A stretch of DNA of 64,000 nucleotides, from assembly GCA_963665815.1 (NCBI GenBank), contig OY762463.1, positions 896,001 to 960,000 of the forward strand. The letters are read 5' to 3'. Position 1 is the first letter of the stretch; every line of letters begins with the position of its first letter. The DNA comes from Candidatus Cloacimonadales bacterium. GTDB lineage: Bacteria; Cloacimonadota; Cloacimonadia; Cloacimonadales; JAIOQZ01. The position numbers were made by a program, and so were the translations under genes. This document shows positions 20,493 to 32,300 of the stretch, piece by piece. A model generated the notes under the pieces. That model was not told the origin of the DNA and did no database searches. It was given only the letters and a program-made list of their open reading frames with translations.

Positions 20493-20614
20493 GGCGTTTT
20501 AATATCAAATCATTATTATTTTTGGCATAATACTCCTTATTTAATATATAAATATGTATCTTTACTAACTTCTGCAATCCAATAAAATTTAAGATAATAG
20601 GAATCTTTTGATAT

Positions 20615-21460
20615 CTATATGTTATGGAACAATACTCTATTTACCATACTGTCAAAATCATGTGTTTTGTAATGCCTGATAGTCTCTTCGAGGTTACCAT
20701 ACATATTGTATATTCGCTTTGCATGGGGATAGTATACTGTATAATCGTGATAACGCAGAATAAACGCATTATTGATCTCTTTGCTAAGCTCCATTTTCTC
20801 CCAGGAATCAGGGAGTTCTGCCGCTAATTCAGCTCCACGCTTGTTAAGCTCTGCCTTTTTGAGCTTTATCGCTTCCATTGCAGGATTACTGCTGTAGAAT
20901 TCCTGCAGCTCATCCCAGACCTTATTTACAAAATCCGCAAACTTTGACCAGGCAGCTTCCTGATTCACTGTTGCTTCCAATAAATCACTATCATTCAGCT
21001 TCTCAGCCAATTCTATTCCGCCAAACAGACCTATAACTCTTCCTGAAGATTCCTCAAAAGGATAGGGATGTTCGAGTTTCTCAGCCTTGGATGTTGTATG
21101 CCAGGCTTCATGGATGATGACATAGCATTGTCTTGCTCCGGATGCTTCCAGCATATCTCTGGTAATCGGGCAGTTTCCTCCCCCATGAGCTTCAGCATGA
21201 TAGAAATATGAATCATTTCCGGCATTCTTCAACTGCTCATATCTTTTCCATGCCCTATCTTGATCAGGATAAAATTCATAAGGCCGTTTATTGTTAAAGA
21301 CGGATTCCAGCTTATCAACCGGACAGGCATAAACCCAGTTGCAAGAGAATTCTCCCAGATCAACATCCTCGAACGCACCCTTGAAATTCAATCCATACTC
21401 TTCCTCACCGAATTTTTTGATTGTCTGAATAAATTCCAGTTCTCTGGAATAATCCCTCAT
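20615..21460 (-). CDS. Putative zinc metallopeptidase/aminopeptidase-like protein
   Basis: IIHEAWH followed by FEES (HExxH...E); GGAGG SD. Confidence 0.55.
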   Translation of the reverse strand: MRDYSRELEFIQTIKKFGEEEYGLNFKGAFEDVDLGEFSCNWVYACPVDKLESVFNNKRPYEFYPDQDRAWKRYEQLKNAGNDSYFYHAEAHGGGNCPITRDMLEASGARQCYVIIHEAWHTTSKAEKLEHPYPFEESSGRVIGLFGGIELAEKLNDSDLLEATVNQEAAWSKFADFVNKVWDELQEFYSSNPAMEAIKLKKAELNKRGAELAAELPDSWEKMELSKEINNAFILRYHDYTVYYPHAKRIYNMYGNLEETIRHYKTHDFDSMVNRVLFHNI

Positions 21461-21469
21461 ATATCCTCC

Positions 21470-22723
21470 TTATTTCAGTACTCTTTTATTTCCGATATCA
21501 TCGACGATATACTCTACTCCATTCTCAATCAAGAGTCCTTTTGTCTTCCCGCTTCTCTTAGTAGTGCCATGTTTGAGATCTATCTTGATCACTTTTCCGT
21601 CATAATCTGTAGAAATATCATCCATTACGGTGTGACCAATAACAACTTTGTTGACCTTGAAGAAAGTAAGAACTTCATCCAGAATAGGAGCCTCTATTTT
21701 TTTGTAATACTTGTAATCGGTAGCTAAACCTCTATACCACAAAGGCCCCATTCGACTATACAGTGTTTTAGCTGTGATATTTTCCTCAGAGAAATCCGTA
21801 TCATAGTTATCTCGGATAAATGAGTTTATCTCGTCCAAGTTCATACCAAGATCAATAAGCTCTTTGCTTAATCCCGCGTGTACGAATATATAGTCACCTA
21901 TTTTCTCAATGACATTTTTTGATCTGAGCCATTTTCCCAGATGACTTTTCTCTGAGAACAGCTCTTTGTAATTATCTCTTTCATCTTCGTGAGTACCAAT
22001 TAGGACTGCCAGTTTTCTATATTTATCTCGGGCATACCTGAATCTACCCTGAATGTTCATCACATCGTGATTACCCAGAATGAAATGTACTTTTCCTCCA
22101 GCTCTTTCTGCCTGATATTCAAGTTTATAAATTAGCCATAGAACGGGTAAAACATTATTACCTCTATCAACCATATCTCCATTTAGTAGCAGTGAGCCTT
22201 TTCCGTAAGCCCAGTTATAGTTTTCATCTATCACTTTGTTACTCAGTAGAAACGATGACAATGCATTGAAGTTTCCCTCAATATCAGAAACAGCGATCAG
22301 TTTTTCCGGCATTTTGTAGATAGATTTCTGTTTTATCAAAGAATCTGCAAGTCTGACTTTAAACGAATCCTTATCGTCATTATCTACATTTACAATAATT
22401 TCCTCAGTAATCAGTAATTTCCTCTCGAGTGAGTTATTGCCATGCACTACATATAATGAATCACTGATAATGTAAGGACCGTCTATTCCATCCAGATCAT
22501 AGGTTATTTCTTCATTTATGATGAATTTCTTACTCTCTGAGTCGTATTTAAAAAGTATCTTTCCATTATTCTCGATTGTTATACTCCCTTTTGTAAGCAT
22601 AGCTGCTGTGACAAATATTAACGGTATTACCAACAGAACAAGAACAAGAACTACTATGATCGTAATCACAGCTTTTTTCATTCCATTATCTTTCAAGACT
22701 TCTTTTTGAAAATCGTTAAGCAT
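21470..22723 (-). CDS. Membrane-anchored calcineurin-like metallophosphoesterase (Shewanella-like phosphatase)
   Basis: SDIEG, GDMVDRG, GNHD, FVHAG, GPLWYRG, IGHT motifs; N-terminal TM. Confidence 0.88.
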   Translation of the reverse strand: MLNDFQKEVLKDNGMKKAVITIIVVLVLVLLVIPLIFVTAAMLTKGSITIENNGKILFKYDSESKKFIINEEITYDLDGIDGPYIISDSLYVVHGNNSLERKLLITEEIIVNVDNDDKDSFKVRLADSLIKQKSIYKMPEKLIAVSDIEGNFNALSSFLLSNKVIDENYNWAYGKGSLLLNGDMVDRGNNVLPVLWLIYKLEYQAERAGGKVHFILGNHDVMNIQGRFRYARDKYRKLAVLIGTHEDERDNYKELFSEKSHLGKWLRSKNVIEKIGDYIFVHAGLSKELIDLGMNLDEINSFIRDNYDTDFSEENITAKTLYSRMGPLWYRGLATDYKYYKKIEAPILDEVLTFFKVNKVVIGHTVMDDISTDYDGKVIKIDLKHGTTKRSGKTKGLLIENGVEYIVDDIGNKRVLK

Positions 22724-22742
22724 TTATCATCCTTATGTGATT

Positions 22743-23819
22743 CTAATTTTTACGTCCCATCTGTCCAAGAACAGTGTTAGCGATACTTCTCAGGTCAGCA
22801 CATACACTGTCCGGGAGTGTTCCATTCATCGTATATGTACTCTCCATCGGATTCACCGAGCACAGTTTGCCTAAAAACATACATGAAGCCAGATAAGTCC
22901 CTTGCTGACTCGGGTGAGAACCATCTGCGATATAAAGATCGTACTCGGGATGGTTTTCGACTGTGTAAGAAAAAGCTCTTCCTACAGGAATCAGTATAGC
23001 ATCAAGTGAGTCAGCAATATATGTATAGGCACTGTCAAGACCATTTATCATAGGTGGATCGTATTCTCTTGCCCAGGTCATAAAGAAAGCAGTCTCAGCA
23101 CCACTCTCGGTTATTACTGAGTCCAGTCTGGCAGCATACTCGTAGAATATATCTGTTTCCAATAAAGGACGCTGACTCTGCTCCTGCAGAACAACACAAT
23201 CATAATCACCTGTAGAGATACTGTTTATTGTTGATTGAGTATTAAAATGACTTTCCAAAGTCAAACCACCTCCGGTTATAGCATCCACAACAACTTCTTC
23301 CTCAGGATACAACTCCTGTATCATATTAAGAACATGAGCATTGACTCCACCGTTCGTATAAGTATAGCTATTCCCCAGAAACAAAATCCTGTGAGGAAAT
23401 TCTTCCGGTTCATTCCAATCAACTATTACAACAAGATTTCCCGGTTCATATTCAACTGTAAGCCTCAGTTCAGTTGTCTGTCCAGCCAATACTTCTGCGG
23501 TACCGCTTCCTCGAGCAATAAGCACTGAATCCTCGTAGACATATACATTGACCTCATAGGTTCCATGTACCAGGTCTTCGAATACACCATGAGCAAGTGT
23601 CTCTTCGATTTCAAGATTCATAGAATCGAAAAAACTATTTCTGTGGATTGTTACGTAAACACTGTCAATTTCATACCCATGTATAAGAGGTTGTTCCAGA
23701 GAAATGTTAAGTGGTATATTCCCCCCTTCCATACCTGTATCGCTGGAAGGATTACTATCCGAGCAGCCAAACATTAACAGCAGTAACAGAACGTAAAATA
23801 TATGTATAAGTTTTCTCAT
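22743..23819 (-). CDS. Lipoprotein with C-terminal SGNH/GDSL hydrolase domain
   Basis: Lipobox LLMFGC; ILFLGNSYT, VLQEQS, DGSHPS; start moved to ATG 23819 (GGAG SD). Confidence 0.82.
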   Translation of the reverse strand: MRKLIHIFYVLLLLLMFGCSDSNPSSDTGMEGGNIPLNISLEQPLIHGYEIDSVYVTIHRNSFFDSMNLEIEETLAHGVFEDLVHGTYEVNVYVYEDSVLIARGSGTAEVLAGQTTELRLTVEYEPGNLVVIVDWNEPEEFPHRILFLGNSYTYTNGGVNAHVLNMIQELYPEEEVVVDAITGGGLTLESHFNTQSTINSISTGDYDCVVLQEQSQRPLLETDIFYEYAARLDSVITESGAETAFFMTWAREYDPPMINGLDSAYTYIADSLDAILIPVGRAFSYTVENHPEYDLYIADGSHPSQQGTYLASCMFLGKLCSVNPMESTYTMNGTLPDSVCADLRSIANTVLGQMGRKN

Positions 23820-24071
23820 GATTTCTCTCCAAAACAATGATTATGCAAAATTTGCAGAAATTTTCATTTTAGTCCAGACATTTATTTTACCCTATTAACT
23901 AAAAGAAAAACGTCCGAAAATTATAGGGGAATTTTTTTCCTCCCAACTCAGCAAGACAAATTATCCTACTTAAAGTTATACTTTATATAGCCCAGCCTAT
24001 TTTTCTATTTTTATAGCTCTTTAATTACATATTTATATTATTTTAATTGTTTTTTATAAACAAATATTTAA

Positions 24072-24088
24072 TTGGCACAGAAATTTCT
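24072..24088 (+). promoter_or_regulatory. Possible sigma54 (-24/-12) promoter of the glycan operon
   Basis: TTGGCACAGAAATTTCT versus consensus YTGGCACrnnnTTGCW; the -12 element deviates (TTTC). Confidence 0.35.
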
Positions 24089-24141
24089 TATTATATTATT
24101 GTTTTAAGGAAATTCGCTAATAAACAGGAGTTAATTTAAGC

Positions 24142-26304
24142 ATGGATGCTACCATAGTCGGAATTTCGATTTTTTTTGTAACATTGATCCTCAACTGGGG
24201 AAAACAATATAAACCGCTTTATGTTGATGATGGTAACTGGTTCTATCAGACTGTCTTTTCAAAAATAGGAAAAAGGCTTTACTATTACGATAAACACGTG
24301 GAAGACATAGAGTTCGATCTATTGAGACCTCATGGATATTTTACCATTGACTGGCTCGCCTCCAAGTTTCATTTTAAGAATACAGACAACGAAAAGTTCA
24401 TTCAGCAATTCAAGATGATTTCTTACGCGCTGACCTCTTCCCTGCTTGCTGTCACTAGTTTTTTTCTTTTTAACAGCTATATTGCCGGAGTTACTGCTGG
24501 AGTAATTTTTTCCGTTGCTACCGGATCAGGAAGAACAACTTATTCGGATATAACCTATGCTGAATGGTTTATAATTTTCCCACTCACTCTCGCCATACTG
24601 GTTCTTCATCTGGGAGGAAACGAACTCTGGAGTTTTGCAGCAGCCGGAATCATTTTAGGCTGGTCATTACATATTAAAATTACATCTATCGGTTTTGCTG
24701 TGATTATTCCTCTGTTCTATCTTTCAGAAAACTGGATTCCGGAAATTGGAATACTGGCTGGAAGTCTGACACTGTTGATGTTTTTACCGGTAGTCCTGAT
24801 TACGATATCAAGGAGCTCGCATAAATCACAAATAATCACATATTACCTGAAGAATTTCTTCAACCCTGTTATAATAGGAACACTTCTCGTGCTGCAGAAA
24901 TGCGGAATCTGCAAGATCAAGAAAGGCAATTCTGCCGATAAGCTTATATCTGTTTACGGCACATACACAAAAGGCAAATGGGATATCAGCAATTCCTTTA
25001 GTAAGGAACTTAAGTCACTGCAAAACATGATCAAACCTATCTGGAAAAATTTTGATATATTTATCCTCCTCACTTTAGCCGGATCATTAAGCCTGCTTCT
25101 GGATTACAACAAGCATGTAATGTTACTGACAATAATACTGGTGGTTAACTTTATCCTGATTCTTATACAGAAGAATTATTTCAGACCTAAAATAAATACA
25201 CTCTGGATGCCTGTATCAATGATAACAGGGTTCCTTCTCACGAAGATGAACTTCAATACAATGGAAGGATTACTTATTGCTTTTATTCTGCTTTATGCAT
25301 TATTGAAAACACTTATACCTGTGATTTCAGGATTGAAGAAGGAAAACAGAGTTAAACTTAACGATTATACGGATGATATCCAGAATCTATTCAGATTGAG
25401 TAGAGAAATAGGACAATTCATTAAAAGTATATCCAAACCTGAAGATAACCTGCTGGTATGGGGAAATTATTCCAATATTTACATTTATGCTGAACGAAAA
25501 GCCCATATGGCATTATATCCGTTTATGTTCCCGAACAATAAGATAATAAACGATAAAATTCTTACCAGAGCATTTCATAACAAGACAGCTCCTAAATATA
25601 TCCAGATATTTGACTACAATATTAAAGACAGGTGGAATCCTGACAGAATCCAGATTTATGTGAAAGCTCCATATAAAGTGATCAAAACATTCAAGTTTAC
25701 TGATAAAAAGAAGAAAGTACATCCGTTTCACTTGATGGAGAGACAGGATGCCGCTTACAAACAGATACTTCTTTCTAAGCTTTCAAGCTGTAAAGAATCT
25801 ACAGAAAAGGCAATTCTTATCAGAAAACTTAAAAACATTGATATAAATGATTTTGAACTCAAGTATTACAATGATACTGAGAGAATGAGTCTTGATCAGA
25901 AAATAGAATACATTCATGCTCACCTGAGTAACAATGATAATCAGGCTGTGAAACAAAGCATATTAGGTCGATTACTCATTGAACTGGGCAATATTGAAGG
26001 AGCAATTCAATTGTTGAACAGTGCGTCAGCAGAATATACAGATTACAGAGATTTAATCTCAATGGGCGAAATAGCCTTCATGCAGGGATCTTTACATATT
26101 GCTGCAGACTGCTTCAAGCAGGCTATAGCCTTCAATCCTATATGCGGAGAAGCTTATAATAATCTTGGCGTATATTTCAACCAGATTGGTGATAGAAAAA
26201 ACTCAGAAACATGTTTCCGAACAGCTATAATGATCAGCCCGGAATACAACGAAGCAAAAGACAATCTTAATACACTATTAAAAGAAGTAAACAGGAATAA
26301 ATAA
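24142..26304 (+). CDS. Polytopic membrane protein, probable GT-C (ArnT/PMT-like) glycosyltransferase with C-terminal TPRs
   Basis: Acidic DDG..Y loop after TM1, about 10 TM segments, VWG...IY.YA.R periplasmic motif, TPR repeats (AYNNLGV, A..ISP.Y.EA..NL). Confidence 0.6.
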   Translation: MDATIVGISIFFVTLILNWGKQYKPLYVDDGNWFYQTVFSKIGKRLYYYDKHVEDIEFDLLRPHGYFTIDWLASKFHFKNTDNEKFIQQFKMISYALTSSLLAVTSFFLFNSYIAGVTAGVIFSVATGSGRTTYSDITYAEWFIIFPLTLAILVLHLGGNELWSFAAAGIILGWSLHIKITSIGFAVIIPLFYLSENWIPEIGILAGSLTLLMFLPVVLITISRSSHKSQIITYYLKNFFNPVIIGTLLVLQKCGICKIKKGNSADKLISVYGTYTKGKWDISNSFSKELKSLQNMIKPIWKNFDIFILLTLAGSLSLLLDYNKHVMLLTIILVVNFILILIQKNYFRPKINTLWMPVSMITGFLLTKMNFNTMEGLLIAFILLYALLKTLIPVISGLKKENRVKLNDYTDDIQNLFRLSREIGQFIKSISKPEDNLLVWGNYSNIYIYAERKAHMALYPFMFPNNKIINDKILTRAFHNKTAPKYIQIFDYNIKDRWNPDRIQIYVKAPYKVIKTFKFTDKKKKVHPFHLMERQDAAYKQILLSKLSSCKESTEKAILIRKLKNIDINDFELKYYNDTERMSLDQKIEYIHAHLSNNDNQAVKQSILGRLLIELGNIEGAIQLLNSASAEYTDYRDLISMGEIAFMQGSLHIAADCFKQAIAFNPICGEAYNNLGVYFNQIGDRKNSETCFRTAIMISPEYNEAKDNLNTLLKEVNRNK

Positions 26305-26316
26305 CAGGAGAATAAT

Positions 26317-29300
26317 ATGCTGCAAAAAGATGATCCAAAAGTAATTATGATTTCACCCGATACAATTAGATATGCAATGATCGAAGAATTCCAGATCAAT
26401 GAGTACACCGGTGAAGTACTGGATGGAGACTGGGACAGAAAGATTCAGAAATTTGATGACAGAATAGATTTCTATGAATCATTCAAGATGAGACTAAAAG
26501 ATATTCCGTGGCAGGAAACACCATATTTTGAACGAGTTATGAGGGAGATTAATCAAGGCTATGAAAAATGGGGTTGTACCACTGAAGAACAGTTTTTGAA
26601 CAGATGCATTCGTCTGGAAGGAATCTACCTGAACATGAAAGAAAACGGCTACATCCAGAATCCCGATAAAGATTATGCAGCAGTCAATATCGGTCGAGAC
26701 GGAGAAATAATTTTTAATAACGGCAGACACAGAATCTGTTTTGCAAAAATCCTGAATATCCCTGAAATACCTGTTAAAATTACTGTTCGTCACAGCGAAT
26801 GGAATCAGTTCAGAGAAAAAGTACTGACTTATGCATCAAAACATAATGGAGTTGTTTATGCTCCTTTGAAACACCCTGATTTAAAAGATATCCCTTCTCT
26901 GCATGCAGGAAGATTCCCTTATATTAAAAAGCATATCAATCCCGATTCTAAAACAGTCCTTGATATAGGGACTCACTGGGGTTACATGTGCAGTAAGCTG
27001 GAAGAAGAATGCGGTAAAGAGTGCTTTGCCATAGAAAACGGAAAAGGAACTTTCTACTATCTGGAAAAAATCAGAAAAGCTAATGAGCAGAATTATCACA
27101 CAATCTTTGCCAACATATTTGATTTTACAAGGAAATACAACAAGTTTGATACAGTATTGGCCCTGGCAATATTCCATCATTTTATAAAGACACCTGAATT
27201 GCACCAGGAACTTGTAGATATGCTTAACAGGCTGGAAATGAAAGAAATGTTCCTTCAAGCTCACAGAACGGATGAACCACAGATGCAGGGCGTTTACAGA
27301 AACTACAGTCCTGACGAGTTTGCTCAGTTTATAGTTGATAACTCCTGTCTAACTCACTATAAGGAAATATGTGATTTTGAAGGTAGAAAACTGTTTCATA
27401 TATACAAGAAAGAAACAGTTCAAATTGGTAGAAAATCCTTCAAAGGTCTCGGTGGTTTGACAATTAAAACACACAGAGAAGCTCCTGTAAAAGAATCTCA
27501 AAAGTTACCACCTTCAAAAAAAGTGATGTTCCTTGGATTTGTGAATGGAAGCTATCCACAGATTCTTAACAAAATCTATAATAAATACAAAGCATTTAAA
27601 AAGATTCATAATAACACAGAATTACTGCTGATTGGTAAAGGAGACGATAAACTTCCTGCAGACTTACCATTCAAGTACTATGATATCCGCAAGATAATGC
27701 CTAAGGCCAATTTCCTGCAGACAATGCAGCTTTCTGTGAGTATTGTCAACTCTTTGATTGATGAGATGAAGCCGGATTATATATATATGCGTTACCCCTT
27801 AGCAAATGAACACACTGTATCATTTGTGAAGAAACATAAAAACCTGATTGTAGAATTCCAGACCAAGCAGTTTGAAGAATTCGAGAAAAGCAGTCCTAAG
27901 CTTTTGAATTTGGAAAAACAATACTGCAAAGAATTTCTGAGTAACATCGATACAATAAGTGCAGTAACAAAAGAGATCGCTGATTATGAAAAAAACATAT
28001 CAGGTAAAAACATTCCAACATTTATTTTTACAAATGGTGTTGATGTAAGCTCCAGACCAGAGAACGATGTGCTTCAAGAAGATATTATTCATATAGCTTA
28101 TGTTTCCATGTATGCACAATACTGGCAGGGAATCGACAGAATTCTGTATGGAATCAGTAACTCAAACGCAAAAAACATAAAACTGCACTTCATAGGTAAT
28201 GTAACTGATGATGTAAGATCCATGATTAACCAGCTTGGTTTGAATAACATTGTTGAGCTGCATGGAGTAATGGATGAGAAAGGCATTGATTCTATTCTGC
28301 AAAAATGCTCAGTTGGAATAGGAGCAATGGCTGTACACAGAAAAGGATTGAAAGAAGCTGCAGCAATCAAACTGAGAGACTACTGCTCACGAGGAATTCC
28401 ATTCGTTTATAGCGGAGATGACTCTGATTTTTCAACGAACCTTCCATTTGTACATCAGTATCCTCTGAATGATGAACCGCTCGATTTCAGTCATATCATA
28501 AAACTTGCAAAAGAGCATAACAATTCAGAATCACGCAAAAAGATAAGAGACTATGCATTATCACATCTGGACTGGAATGTTAAAGCTGAAAAAATAATGA
28601 GTTTCCTGTACAGTCTTGATAGCGGTGAGCCTATTGTAGACTCTGCTGATGAATACAACACCTTAAGGAAGCTGGCTACAAACCTCAAAGCTGATAAAGG
28701 AAATCTTGAAATAACCAAACAACTGATTGCCGAAATGCTAAGGAAAAAAGACGAAAAGATCACATCCGGTCCTTTAGTGTCAGTAGTTATTCCATATTAC
28801 ATGCAGCCTGAAACAATTGTTGAGACACTGCTTTCAGTATATAATCAGTCATACAGGAATTTCGAAGTAATTCTGGTAAATGATGGAGACACTAAAGAAG
28901 TTGAAGATGTTGTAAATAATAATGCTCAGCTCTTCCCTGATCTTAATCTTAAGTATTTCAGAAAGGAAAACGAAGGACTGGCAGCAACCAGAAACTTTGG
29001 TATTTCCAAGGCTGAAGGTAAATATGTGCTTCCTCTTGACTCAGATGACATGCTTGCATCGGATTTTCTGAAAGAAACAGTCAACTATCTGGAACAGCAC
29101 AAAGACATAGATTTTGTATTTACTGAAACCCTGTTTTACGGAGCTAAGAATGAGATATGGGCATTCAGGGATTTTGATCCATCCTATCTGATCAAGCGAA
29201 ATATGATGACCTGTACAACTCTATTCAGAAAAGAAGTCTGGGTTCAAACAGGTGGATACAGAACAAACATGAAACATGGATATGAAGACTGGGATTTCTG

Positions 29301-32300
29301 GATTACAGCTTCGGAAAATGGATTCAAAGGGGGAAACATTCATCTCCCACTCTTCCTCTACAGACGCAAGAAAGATTCTATGTTAGAAAACAGAGTAAAG
29401 TATGACCATATTGCTAAAGCTCAAATAGTTAAAAATCATCCAAATATATTCATTCAGAATCACCCTCAGGAGGAACAGCTCCTTAAAGAAAAAATCGGAT
29501 TGATTCCGGAAGCATTACAAAAAAAGCCTTCCGGAGAAGAGCCTGAGCAAAACAGGAATAGTTTCAGCTACCCTGACATGAGCAATATTAAACAAGAATT
29601 ATCTGCAAGAAACCTTACACCATCTAATCAGATGCTATCTGGTTCTAAGCCCAGAATCCTCTTTGTCTGTCACAATTTTCCCCCGCATAAATACGGTGGA
29701 GCTCAATTATACGCTATGCATCTGGCAAAGAAGATTAATGAGCTTGGCATTGCTGATGTAGAAATTCTATATCCCTTATTCCGGGGAGAAATCCGACAGT
29801 TTGGTCTGATTGAAACAGAGTTTGAAGGATTGAAAGTTTTTCAACTTGCCAAAGACTTTTCTAAAGGTTTTGAGTTAGCAGTTAGGCATCCCTATGTAGA
29901 GAAAGTATTCGATAAATTCCTCAGTATGCGTCATTATGATGCTATTCACTTTCATGGACTGGGGCAGTTGACTCCTGTTCCTATTGAAGTAGCATACAAA
30001 AAAGGAATCAAAACTGTCATGACGTTCCATGAGCACTGGTTCCTGTGCTTCTTCTGGTTCTTGATGTCAAATCGTGATTCCGAAATATGTTCAGGCCCTG
30101 AAAGCATAGATAAATGCACAAAGTGTGTACTGCAAAAATATCAGAGTATACCTGATATCAGAAAAAACTATAATGATGTACGTCATTTTATTGCATCCAG
30201 ATTCGAGTATTACAAAATGATGTTCGATATTATTGATTACAAGTTTGCACCGAGTCAATATCTTATTAACAAGTTCGAGGAATATGATTTTAGAGGTATT
30301 CAGGTAAATAATCTCGGTATGGAACCTATGGAATATGTTGCAAAGAAAAAACATTCCGGTATAAGATTCGGGATTATCGGTCAGATTTCACCAAGAAAAG
30401 GAACGGATATTCTTCTAAGAGCTTTTCAAAGTCTGAGCAAATCCGAAAAAGACAAACTTCACGTACACGGAAAATGTTATTTTGAAGGTTACATGAACAT
30501 GATTCTTCAAATGATTTCAACAACCACAGGAGCTGAGTATCAAGGTGCTTATACACCTGAAGATCTTCCACATATCCTTTCTGAAATCGATGTCCTTATT
30601 GTTCCATCTTTATGGGAAAACTATCCACTTGTTGTACAGGAAGCATTTCTATGTAAAGTCCCCGTGATAACAAGTAATACAGGTGGATTTCCAGAAGTTG
30701 TAAAACATGGAACAAACGGACTTCTCTTCAAAGCTGGATCTTATATAGACCTTGCAGAAAAAATGCAGTACATTTTAGATAATCCTAATAAAGTTCTTGA
30801 ATTCAGCAATAATATCAAACCTGTAAAAACACTTACTGAAGATGCAGAGTACTACACCAGTTTATACAAGAAAAAAATAGAAAGATGTAATGACACAAAA
30901 TTCAGTGCTGCTCATGTAAATAGCATATCCCCAGAAAAGAGAGAACTGAAAAACCTGACTGTACAATTTTATATGCAGAAGTCTGTTCACTGGCCAATAT
31001 ATGAGAATTTATATGAACATGTGAAACTGCAGCCGGAAGTTGATAAGATTGTCTTTTGTATTCCACGACTTACTGAAGTGGTAAACTCAGGGTATTATGA
31101 TGAAATTTCCAGACTAATTGACAAGGTTGACGAAGTTGTTATGCATCCCGCAGATGCAAATGCAGATGTTACTTTTATTGCCAGCACTGTACAAGGTAAA
31201 GTCTGGAATTGCGGTAAGGTTGTCAGTATAGGTCACGGAACCATATCTAAAGGATTTTTCTTCAGCGATAATGTCTGGGTACATAGAGAAAACTGGGTAG
31301 ACTTGCTTTGCGTTCCCGGTAACTATGCTTATCAGCTCTATAAGAAAATATTGTCTACAAACATTGCTGCAACTGGCATGCCTAAACTGGATTCAGCTTT
31401 CAATAAAGATTATGATAAAAGCTATCTCTGTCAAAAATACAATCTTGACCCCAACAAAAAAATCGTGCTGTATGCTCCAACATTCAATACCAATCTCAGC
31501 AGTGTGTATAATTTTGCAGAAAGATTCCATGAACTTGACCAGATGGGTTTCTATACACTTGTAAAACTACATGGAACAACTCTGCCAAGAATGTTCAGCC
31601 ATTACAGAGCACTTGGAGCAAATTTCAGTAACATTGTTTTTGTGGAGGAGTCAAATCTTGCCTATCTTCTTGCCGGCTCAGACATTATGATTTCTGATGT
31701 ATCTTCGGCATTTATGGAGTTTATGGCTCTGGATAAACCTGTAATTCTGTATAATAATCCGGAAAGATTCCAATATCACGGTTTCCATGAAACAGATATT
31801 GAATGGGCATGGCGAGATCTTGGAACCCAGATAAACAGCTTTGATGAACTGCTCAGGATACTTCCCGGTATTCTCAGGAATGGAGACGGCAAATCTGCTA
31901 TCAGAAAAAAATATGCTGAAACGCTCTTGGCTGATCTGGAAGGAAAGGCATCAGAAAGAGTTTGGAATGCTGTTAGGGAAGTCTTACCTGCTGAATCAAC
32001 TGTTGATGTAAGTCTGCTATCTTTTGTGATAGTGGTTACTGACGATAACTGGATTGTTACAAGAACTCAGATTCAAGCCTGTGATAAATATTTCCGAGTT
32101 CCAATGGAAATTGTTGTTGTCAGGAATGGAGTCTCAGACGAAACCGCAAAATCAATGCAATACCTCATAGACTACCACGAATACATTAATTTCAGATTAA
32201 TCGATATAGATGAGACATCCTGGCACAATGCGTTTGAGAGGGGAGTGGAAGATACTTCTGGAAACATTGTTTTCACGATGAAAGAAAATGCTCAACTATT

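Noticed and set aside
17146-20614. Integron cassette or att-flanked island
   Set aside because: No attC-like structure, direct repeats or integrase found by eye
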